A DNA stretch of 64,000 bases from Lingula anatina (Eukaryota > Animalia > Brachiopoda): contig CM120646.1 of NCBI GenBank assembly GCA_051362555.1, forward strand, positions 21,886,001 to 21,950,000. Direction: 5' to 3'. This document shows positions 53,707-64,000 of this stretch, one piece after another (position 1 is the first letter of the stretch; every line of letters begins with the position of its first letter). The position numbers and the translations under genes are program-made. A model generated the notes under the pieces. It was not told the origin of the DNA. It was given only the letters and a program-made list of their open reading frames with translations, and did not search any database.

Positions 53707-54494
53707 TCCCCCCCCTTTTAAAGGAAAAACTAATTAACATACAGTAGTAATAAAAATTAAGTTTCCGTTGTACGACGTTTTAAAAACGTCAGAAACGTTT
53801 TAATCCCTATCCTATGAATAGAAGGGGGCGGACAAACAATGGAGAGCCGTCTAATCCCTTCAAAATTCGAACGCCAAAACACAATAGTTTAGACGTAATA
53901 ACACACAATACCTTAGGCGAGTGAACCCCATGACGCCTGTTTCTGTGGTCCAGCGCGAGCGGGACAATCCGCTGTGACCAGGTGTAATTAACAGCAGGAT
54001 ACATCAGCCAGAAGGTGCCTATTGTTTGTTGCGGCGATAAGATTATAGCTTTAAGATGCTAGAACCCATGCTAACGCGTGCCACTCCCGTGGCCACCTAT
54101 CCTTTTGTTCACTAGCTTGGCACGCGCAGCAGATCATGTATTAATTAATTGTTGCAAGAAAACTGCTAGTTTAATTTAGTATCAGTTATTTTATTCAATA
54201 TGAAGTGTTCTGTGGTCAAAAATTGAATTTGATATACATGTATCAGCAACGTACATCAGCATGATCAACAAATCACCCCGTCTCAAAAAGTTTAAAGATG
54301 CTCCGTACACAAATTTCCATCATCGCTTCCTGTGTAAAAATAGATAACTGTTTAGAAATAACAAAGAAAGAAACATTATTAAAACAATTTTTTCACATTA
54401 CAAGCTGACGTGTTGCCTCAATTACTACATTAAGTTACATTTTATATAAAATAAGAGAGCGAATCCGTCAAAGGATAATAATAGAAAGTCTTAA

Positions 54495-54537
<43 letters not shown>

Positions 54538-54538
54538 A

Positions 54539-54709
54539 CAGGCCCGCAGCCAGGGGGAGTTCGGGAGGTTCGAAAGACCCCCCTTTTGCTGAAAAAAAGT
54601 CCACTCTGGGTAAAATTTGACATAATTACATGGAGATTTTCCGGTAAAAGGTCCACTTTGTCAGAAAAGGATCCCCCCCCCCCTTTTGAAATTGCTGGCT
54701 ACGGGCTTG
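54539..54709. mobile_element. MITE inside a (TAAA)n tract in the Gypsy 3' region
   Basis: caggcccgcagccag ... ctggctacgggcttg (2 mismatches), flanked by ataaataaa. Confidence 0.78.
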
Positions 54710-57700
54710 ATAAATAAATAAATTATTTAAAGAATAAAGTAAATAATAAGATGACATTAAGAATCAAATAAAAAAGATAGATAGAAATTAGATGGTATAA
54801 ATCATTAAATAAAAGATAAATTATTTTAAATAATTTCATAAATAAATTTTGATTTAATAATCGCTGTGAAGTCTACCCATTATCCGGGCCACAGATAGAT
54901 TTTCACTAGTTGCCAGTATAGACAGATATGTATCTGTTTATTTGATGGGACTTTTTTGCACGCGCGTTAGGGGAACGAGCATATAAACTAATTTCTTTTA
55001 AGATTAAAGTGAGTGTCCTATCATTTGAAAGCCAACAAAATATTTCATTCCACATTAGAGAAATTAGCCTCATAATTACATTTGTAAATTATAACCGGGT
55101 GTATGTAACTCTTCGCTGTTCAGTAACAGTTATAAAGGAAAGTTAGATTTTGCTTGTATAAAACACACTTTTTATTCTGATAAAAATCGACTGCGCACGA
55201 AGCATAATGATATTAGGCTTTCGATGATGATTGTGCATGAAACATCAAGTCATTTTTCCTTTTCATAATAGTGCTGGGCACCCAGGTGTTGAATCTTTTA
55301 CTCGACGTGCATCTCCTAATATTGTATAGGCATGATTTCAGGTTGTTCTGGAGCGATGACGATTGCGTTCAAAATGGGTTGTTTGCAGCATAAGTGATGT
55401 GAATAAACCTAGCTTACTAATTAACTATTACCAAAGTAAAGCAGGGCTATAGGTTTATCAGCCTAAGATATATTCAATATGGGCAGTTAACTTGGACCAG
55501 TCTTGTTTCATTAACTTTGCGAATGAAAGTCTCCGTCGTTAACGTAAATTTCCTATATGATTTTACATCACTTATCTGATTTAACAATCTTATTGCTTAG
55601 GTTTTGTTTAAGGTTGCATGAGAACAGATAATGATCGCGTTTAACAATAGATTGAGGGCTATAGTAAGTCCTGCCTCTTTGGGCGATGTCTAAGACTGTT
55701 AATTCAACGTACATAAACATGTAGTGTGACCACAGTGTCAGCCATCCCCCTTGTTGCACGTTGCAAGCGATTTGTCTCATAACTATGACAAGGCGTTCTT
55801 TTTTCTCGTTGTTGTTTTAAAACGGACCACTTTGTTAAGGCTAATTGCTTAGCTCATTGCGCGTCATATGTACTTAGCTCTTTGCGCGTCATATGTAAAC
55901 GCTAAGATATGAATGTTATACCGGGTAGTTGATTGTTTTGCCCGGGCGCCGCACTTATGCTTTCTTACTAGAGCGATCTAGAACAAGTCGCTAGTTTGCC
56001 CTGTTTGTAACTGTAGCAAAATATGTTCGACATGCCGTTTCTGCACAGCCAGAGACACAGTAATTGTATAAGGCATGGTTTAAGCTTGTTCGAGAGATAA
56101 TAACAGTCGCGTTTAACAAAAGATAGTAAGACCCCCTCCTCTTTAACTGATGTCTTACACTGTTAATATTGACCGCACTTTCATATATTATGTAATACAC
56201 TGACAGACTTTCCCCTGTTGCACGTTGGCGTTGGATTGTACTTGTGCCTCTGTCAATACACCTCATTTAGTTTAAATATTTTTACCGCATAAACCTTTGT
56301 GGTTTAGAGTTATAAGTTTAGTAGTAGGAATAGGATGGTTGGACAAAAAGCTTCTAGTCAACTGGCTTAGACCTAGGGTGTGATGCTGCTATCATCCGAG
56401 GAAACACCTACACTGAATCCTCTTCCTGAAATCCCCCTAGCTGAAACAAAAAATGCCCCTTGAACCGGTCCATTTTTACAGGGTCGAATGATTTTTGATA
56501 TCATTGAGCGTCTTTAAACGAAAGCTTTTAAGTGACAAAAACAGAACCGTGTGGTGATTGTTTATTAAAGCGTAGGTTTATTCATCATGATCCATTTTGT
56601 AAACAACACATGCCTAAATTTTACTTGGATTGATCATCGTCACTGTTTGGCTACTCGCCTATAATGCGTGCTGAACGACAGACAACTTATAAATATTATC
56701 TGTGTTACTGTGTATTTGACCAAGTTAAAATAGAACGGTGTCGGTGATTTAATCCATCGAACATATTAATATTTCTTCTTTTAAAACCAGTGTTAGGTTA
56801 ACATCAAGTCAATTTAAGTAAAGCTAAGTAAAGCATGTTTCTAGTTCATCCACGCTATATAAATACATGAAGGATAACAAGTCTCTGTAGCCAATTAACT
56901 TTCACAATGCCCTGTGCTTTAGAGTCCCATGTTATACAAGCAAATGAGTATGGCCTGAGAGAAATATAAATATGAGGCCGTGTATGAAGATGTTTCAAAT
57001 AATAAGAATCAAGAATTTAAACATGTTAGGTACATGCACATCATTTAATAAGTCATTTCACAAAAATGGCATCTAATTTTTCAGATAAACCTCCACTTTT
57101 ATCGATCTCAACGCCTTGTCTGATGTTTACATGTAGTACTCCAATATTAATTGCGAACAATATCAACAGCGACTCGAGATCGTTGCCTAGCTGTCTTTCA
57201 CACTTTTACACAAACCCATGAAGGGTTAATAAAAGGATTCGCGTTGCGACATCTATCTCTTTCTTTCGAACAAGCAAATTAAGGGCTGACCCGAAGTAAG
57301 CTGGCATAACTAATTTCTCTTTGACTGTACAAGGGTATATTGTAATTACTCCACTTGGTCGCCTCCATTGTCTTGTAACAGTGACAAAGAATGTGTTTTC
57401 ACACGCTAGTTTACATAACTCCTTTGCCTTGTGTCTTTATCAAGGTTATAATCAGTTTGAATAGGTTGTCTTGCCTCACTTAAAAAGGGAGTTGTTCTTC
57501 ACACTGGTTTTTGCCTAACTTATGCTAACCTATTTTGTACAAATATGGTTTTAATAAATCGCCAAAATCATGACACTAGTGAACATTGTATATCAAACGT
57601 TTTGATACGATTAAATAAATGTCCAATAAGGATTACGGAATGAGTTACTATTTACCTCCCCCCACGCCCCCCCTCCCCCCCCCCCCCCCCCCAAAAAAAA

Positions 57701-59262
57701 AAAAAATCCTCTTTTGATTTCGAAATGAATTTGTTTTTAACGTAAAGAAGTCCAATACCCCTTTCACGACTCAGTCATTGTACAGCATGTTGTAATCGAT
57801 ATTTAAAAAAGTTCATAACTTGGACCGGAGTTTGATATACAGTGTACTGTAGCTACAATGGCATTCCTCAAGTTGGGTCTGCTGGGGGAGGGGGCATTTA
57901 AATGATAAACGAAGAAGTCCACCTGTAAACAGCAGCGGTTTAAATGATCGCTATCTCGGTTATTTTTCCTTTGACAGCATCATAGAAAATGTTAAGGGAG
58001 AAAGTCACACATACCCACGGCGTTGTTTTGTCTTCAGCATTTCCTCCTTCCTGCTTACTGCAATTATTATCGTCAATTAATTAAACCGAGAAAGCAATTA
58101 AATGGTGGCACATTGAATATAATCACTATGTGCATTTCGCTGAGTGTAAACACGATCTAGCGAAACATTTTATTTCAGAATAAATTTATATGTGATTTCA
58201 CCTCTGTCGTTTGTGTTATTTCAAACAAAACGATTTCCTGAAAGACCAACTTTAAAATGTATGTCTATTCAGCAAAATAATGTAATTTAATACAACTATG
58301 AGTAATGTATTTAAACCGTATATGCGTATATGCCGTATATGCGATGGCCATGTGGGATTATAATTGCATACCTTGATGCAAAACAGTCTATCGTTTCTCC
58401 TACCGCGAGTCCCTTTAATTAATGTATTATATTACTCTTTACCCTTTTTATTTGACACTGTCTCTGTTTCTCTCCCCTTTTCCTTTCTCTTGTAAGAAGG
58501 AGGGCAAATAATTAAGCATTCAAAATATGCATCACCAATCTTCAGAAAAGAATGAGTGAATGAACCATTGGGCTGGCCCACAACGTCCGACACAGCAGAA
58601 TAAATTAAATAACAGCTTTCACAGATTTAACTGCAGTTAGCTGTATAGCGTCACTATATACATAATCCGCTGCACGCGCGAAGCTGTTGAACAAAAGGAT
58701 AGTTCTCTATGGAAGACATTTTGTTTACATAAGTACTCTAAGGGGGCGTGCCTAACCAGGCGACAAGAGGATTAGGCTAGTCACTATATTCCGTCAAATT
58801 CGTTTAGCGACCCTATCATTATCACACTCCCTCTATTGTATTTTCTGACGTTATAATTGTATCTAATCTTCTTACGTTAGATGGAATAAATGCACACATA
58901 CATAATCTTATGACTGTACAGACAATCACTTAACAATTACTTATATGTTTAGCTACAAAATGTGATACACATGCTTGTCTTAAACATTGTATTACTACCA
59001 TAGTTAAAGTAATAAAATACAAATAAAGAGTAAAAGTTCTGTTATGATTGTCTTTGATCAGCAAAATGCATTTTATAATAAGTGCAGTAACATTAAACAC
59101 AACATGTCTCTAAACAGTCAATGTTGATCTTCCTGAGTGCATAAAGTCAATGCAGTACTTTTCAACAGTGTTTTCTTACAAACACATTTAAATGGGTTAC
59201 AGGCACTGTGTACAATCAACAAGTGTTTTTTTTTTTTTAAATAACAACAAATAAACATGCAG

Positions 59263-62200
59263 TCACTTCATTTCATAATCTGCTTGCCACCTAGGCGGAT
59301 GTCTCTCCCGAGTACTACGCCTACACATTTGTGGCTGAGCAATTTGTTTTCCAGTTTCATTGTTCTGGTGCACTGTTTTACTCATGCTAGTATCTGATGG
59401 TTCAGTGTCCATAACATGCGACTCGGGCACCGTGTCAGGAGACTTGTTTATCATGCGTTGGTTTCTACGATATGAATGTCCATCCGAAGTAGTCACCTCA
59501 TATGACCTCGGTGTGTTATGAATATCCGTCACTCTGGCATGTTCCCAATTTTGTCCTAAATTCACACGAACACTATCACCCACATTAAATGACTGATGAT
59601 ATTTAGCACTTCAATCATAATAGAATTTCTGCTTTTGCTGACGCTTGCGCAGCTTTGACTGTGCATCATTTACCACCTTTGGTCGCAGCAAATTATTTGT
59701 AGTAGGCAATTTATCTTTTAACCCTTACTCATTAACAATTGAGCTGGTGATGAACCTATACCAGCTAAAGGTGTATTTCTGTATTCTAACAAAGCTATGT
59801 GAGGATCTTTACCCTCTGCTTGTGCTTTCTTAAGCATTCCTTTAATTGACTGCACAAATCGCTCACTTTGACCATTAGACTGAGCATAAGTGGGACTAGT
59901 ATAAACACAAGTAAATCCCCACTCTTTCGCAAACTGCTTAAAAGTAGCACTATTGTAAGGCATATTATCACTAACTAAGGTATCTGGAATACCATGCCTT
60001 GAAAACACTGGTTTCATTGCTGCAATAACACCAGCTGCTGTTTTGTTTTGCAGCTTGACAACTTCAGGAAACTTTGAATAATAATCAACTATCAACAAGT
60101 AATCATGACCTGCAAACTCAAATATATCTGAACCCAGCTTTGACCATGGACGAGTTGGCAAAGAATGTGGAATCATTGGTTCCTTGGGATTCTGACGCGC
60201 ATATGTGGCACATACTGGGCAATCAGCAATCTTGGTCTCTATGTCCTTGTTGATATTAGGCCAATACATAATTTCAGAGGCTCGTGCTTTGCACTTTTCA
60301 CTGCCGGCATGTCCTTCATGAAGTGTAACAAGCATTTCTTGTCTCATGGCAACAGGAATTATAAGTCGCTCTCCAGCATATATCAGTCCTTCCTCCACAT
60401 GCATTTGTCCTCTTAAACTCCAATAGACCTGAATTTCTGGTGCTAGGGAAGACTTATGCTGAGGCCAACCATTCACAATATGGTTACGGACCAGCTGGAG
60501 GCTACGGTCACTCTGAGTAGCATCTCGAAGTTCCTGAATCCTGTGCGTGGATGCTGGCAAATACTGGGTAACAGTATGAATCCTGTACTGTCCCTCTTCT
60601 AACTGAGAATCTATGCTCTCCTTAGATGTGTCATCAACATATGCACGTGACAGCGTGTCTGCAATGTACAACTTTGAACCTGGTACATATGTCACACATA
60701 GATTGTATTTCATCAATTTTAACAACATCATTTGCATTCTAGGAGACACCTGGTGTAATGGTTTCCTTATAATTGCCTCTAGAGGTTTGTGATCACTCTC
60801 CACCATAACCTCATTGCCATAAATATAATGGTGAAACTTTGTTGCTGCATACAAAATAGCTAAAAGTTCCTTCTCGATCTGTGCATATCTCGTCTCAGTA
60901 TCAGTTAATGCACGCGAGGCATAAGCAATAGGTTGACCATCTTGTAACAGACATGCACCTAATCCTGTAGATGACGCGTCTGCTTGTATTGTCACTGGCT
61001 TGGCTGGCTCAAACAACTTCAGCACTGGTTCTTCTGAGAGTACATCCTTTATTTGTTGCATGGCAGCTTTCTGCTCTGGTCCCCAAATCCAAGGTACTCC
61101 AGCTTTCAACAAATTGCTGATTGGACTCATGGTAGCAGACTTATTTGGAATAAAAGGTGATAGGAAATTCAACATTCCTGTTAAACGCTTCACTCCCTCA
61201 GTATCAGTTGGGTCTGGCATTTCCAGAATTGAGCGAATCTTCTCCGGGTCTGGTCGTATTCCTTGCGCTCCAACAATCATCCCAAAATATGATACACTGC
61301 TTTGTTTCAATTGGGTTTTCTTGGCATTAAAGCGAACATTGTTCTCCATGGCACGTTTGACCACTTCCCCCAGGATTCGATCGTGTTCCTCAACTGTCTC
61401 TGTTGCTATTAGAATGTCATCTGCTATAGCGTATGTATTTCTAATGTCACCAAAGACACGGTAAACATTTTTCTGCAAAATATCTGCAGCACTCGAAATT
61501 CCAAATGGCATTCGTCTAAATTTATAACGTCCAAAAGGTGTGGAAAAAGTAGTAAGTTCTGAACTGGAGTCATCTAATTCCACTTGGTAGTAGGAATCCT
61601 TGAGATCGATGATAGTGAAGACTTTACTTCCTCCTATCTGCGCTGCTACTGATTCGAATGTTGGCATATTGAAATGTTCTCTTCTTATCTCTTTGTTGAG
61701 ATGTTGGGGGTTGAGGCACAACCTTATGGAACCGTCTTTTTTCTCTGTTATGACAATATTGCTAATAAAATCTGTGGGGTGATCCACCTTCTCAATAACT
61801 CCTTGTCTCTCCATTTCTTCAAGTTTATTTCTCAATGGGGCCATCAACTTCTGTGGAACCCTGTGTGTAGGAGCAATGTGACCCTTGGCACCCTGCTTCA
61901 ATGAGATGTGATACTGCCCAGGGAACTTTCCCAGGCCTGTGAATGCACTTTTATAAGATCCCTTTTCTATTGAATCTTTTGTAATTGAAGCAGTTACTGA
62001 ATCAAGATTCCTTTGTTTCTCCACTGAAACAAGACCTAGAGCAATGCAAGCTTGCAGTCCCAGTACTGGCACTGTTTTTTGTTTTGTAACAAACACTTCT
62101 CCAATGGTTTTACGTCCATTTGACATGCTCATATCTATTTTTGCTCTGCCAATGTGCTCTACCACTGCACCACCAAACGCTTTAAGTATGGTATGAGATT

Positions 62201-63200
62201 GTTCTAGTTTGGGTCTACCTGCTATCTTTCTCCATATTTTCTGGGGTATGGAGCTGGTTTCTGCACCTGTGTCTATCTTCATTCTAATATGAGAGTCAGC
62301 TACCTTTACATTTTCAAACCATGCACGCTGATCTTCATTCCTGGACACACTGCCTATACTCAGCTCTATTGTTCCCATAAAACACTCATCACTGTGTTGA
62401 ACTGCACTGTTATCATCATTACTTAGTTCATGGACATTTACAGTAGCTCTACAACAACTTTTGAAGTGGTTGTTACCTTTACACCTGTAACATGTCCGTC
62501 CCCACGCAGGGCAGTCTGTGTGCTGATTTGGACCATGGATTCTCTTACAACGTGTGCATAACTTGGTGTGTCGATTATCTTTCTTCTGAGAAAACTTCGT
62601 TGAGGGTTGTCTCTTACCCTTCTGTATCGTGGATACACTGGAAGTTGCAGCTGCGGCACCACGTGCGAGCCCAGACATAGAGTCAACTTCCTGCTTAGTG
62701 ATCTCCGCCGCCCGGCAAATGTCTATAGTTTTCTCGAGGTCCAAATTTTTCTCCCGTAAGAGCCTTTCCTGCAGCCTTTTGTCCTGTGTAAACACTATTT
62801 TGTCCCTTACCATGTTGTCGGTCTCAGCAAAATCACACTTTGCCGCAATGGCCTTGACCTTTACCAGGTAATCGTCAAAAGGCATAGAGTCTCGCTTTAA
62901 GTTCCAAAAGCTGAATCTATTAAAAACGATCCTCTTCTCACCGCACAGTTCAGTGTCAAATTTATCTAAGACTGTCTCGTAACTCTCTTTATCACCTGCT
63001 TCGTTCCAGTTAAACTGGTTGAAACGTTTTACTCCCTCCGGTCCCATGCACGTGAGTAGCATGGCGATTTTTGTGGCGTCTGTTTTCTCCACTGCTTCTT
63101 TGGCTACCAGAAAAAGTTGGAACATTTGTTTCCATTCCCTCCAATTCTAGCTAACATCGCCATCAAAAGAAAACTTTGGTGGGGGCTTGAAGTCATTCAT
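59263..63200 (-). pseudogene. gag-pol: gag-pol polyprotein with three disabling lesions
   Basis: ATG at 63200 (MNDFKPPPKFSFDGDVS*NWREWKQMF) with TAG at 63147-63149. Two CCHC knuckles, protease IDTGA, RT YAIADDILI, RNase H QADAS, integrase HHCC and DDE. A 1-nt frameshift near 59722 and an in-frame TGA at 59611-59613 precede the C-terminus RRSTRERHPPRWQADYEMK*. Confidence 0.92.
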
Positions 63201-63216
63201 CCCGATCCTGACACCA
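63199..63216 (-). promoter_or_regulatory. Primer-binding site, tRNA-Leu-like
   Basis: Minus strand TGGTGTCAGGATCGGGAT directly after the 5' LTR resembles the complement of the tRNA-Leu 3' end (TGGTGTCAGGAGTGGGAT). The gag ATG overlaps its end. Confidence 0.75.
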
Positions 63217-63347
63217 TGTAATGTTACGAGCGGAGGAGCGCACACCAGACGACACGTTGTTAATAATTACTCAACTGCAGCACACAGCCGCGCTTTATTC
63301 TAATTGGATAATATTACATAATGTGCATGACGCACCACTATGTGACA
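63217..63347 (-). repeat. 5' LTR of the Gypsy element
   Basis: tgtaatgttacg...ctatgtgaca, identical to 53576-53706 and adjacent to the primer-binding site. Confidence 0.95.
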
Positions 63348-63597
63348 GGACGGACATTAAAGCCGGATTATCTGACAGTAATCTAGTGAGACTCCCCGTG
63401 GGGATAGATCGATCTAAAAGCTCTGGGAATACAGCCTTACTCGTGGTTTAAGTTCATGTAAGACAATCTGTGATCTTAAATTGCACTTTAAGATCAAATC
63501 AAGCCCACTAGTGCCGGACAATGCCCCCCAGGACAATCCCCCACTCCCCAAGAATATACATTTATATACAAATATAGAGGAAGAGTAAAACATTCAA

Positions 63598-64000
63598 TTT
63601 TTATGTACAGACACAGATGTGTCCGTACATATTGCCATCACCTGCGTCTGTCATTGCCGTCGCCAATGCCGATGCTGTCGCCGGCGCCGTGCACTTTCCT
63701 TGTAAAACTTTTTGGCTTTATATTTACAGAGCTGATGAATATTCATAAAACGCAGGTCAAGTTCGAAAATCAGCATGATCGGGCCATTATTGTAGAAGTT
63801 TTTTCACTTTTCAGCATATATGCAACCTTGTAAACACATTTTAAGGAAAACCACTAGGCCTGTTGTCATGAAACTCACAGGAGTAATCAATCTTACTAAA
63901 ACGCAGGTCAAGTTCGAAAATCAGCATGATCAGGCCACTATTTTAGTAGTTATGCGTTTTTTTCATTGTTCAGCATATATGCAACACTGTAAACACAATA
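63598..64000 (+). mobile_element. HINE family 1 5' part, running off the window
   Basis: Head tatgtacagacacagatgtgtccgtacat followed by the family body. Confidence 0.8.

Larger units (their letters stand above)
53576..63347 (-). mobile_element. Full-length Ty3/Gypsy LTR retrotransposon, Mag-like, 9772 bp
   Basis: Identical 131-bp TG..CA LTRs, 5-bp TSD GGACG (53571-53575 and 63348-63352), primer-binding site, polypurine tract and a single gag-pol frame in PR-RT-RH-IN order. Confidence 0.96.
53512..63436. mobile_element. ~150-bp Harbinger-like MITE split by the Gypsy insertion
   Basis: TTA|gaccccatttccagag ... ctctgggaatacagcc|TTA. The halves lie at 53512-53575 and 63348-63436. Confidence 0.6.
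53246..63513. mobile_element. CACTA-like element, copy 3, split by a Harbinger-like MITE and the Gypsy element
   Basis: CACTAGTGGGC at 53246, GCCCACTAGTG ending at 63513, TSD CCG. Confidence 0.85.

Noticed and set aside
53707-59262. env-like ORF, tRNA or hammerhead ribozyme in the Gypsy 3' region
   Set aside because: No long ORF, and no cloverleaf or CUGAUGA hammerhead core found by eye.
60165-62871. Plus-strand and alternate-frame ORFs over pol
   Set aside because: Shadow ORFs of the gag-pol coding sequence.

Overview
This is AT-rich eukaryotic (invertebrate-like) genomic DNA. It carries a spliced plus-strand immunoglobulin-superfamily (IgSF) locus buried in nested transposons. I read by hand 14 exons with GT-AG boundaries, nearly all phase 1. 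Five are Ig exons forming V plus four C2/I-type domains (1540-4267). A second V exon and a divergent C2 exon follow (5495-6391). Next come a stop-containing transmembrane (TM) exon (24691-24803), another Ig exon (38552-38800) and a second TM exon (39827-39937). Downstream of that TM lies a tandemly duplicated two-exon NCAM-Ig1-like domain lacking its B-strand cysteine (43304-47491), which would be cytoplasmic if spliced to the TM. The introns hold three families of Helentron/DINE-1-like non-autonomous elements (HINEs) with internal satellites, CACTA-, Kolobok-, Harbinger- and pogo-like non-autonomous DNA transposons, and a Penelope-like fragment. The right end holds a complete 9.8-kb Mag-like Ty3/Gypsy element (53576-63347, minus strand). 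It has identical 131-bp LTRs, a GGACG target-site duplication (TSD) and a disabled gag-pol. Its 5.5-kb 3' region is unusually long, non-coding, hairpin-rich and bracketed by a long-range inverted repeat. Exon connectivity and RNA structure are inferences that need RNA data.
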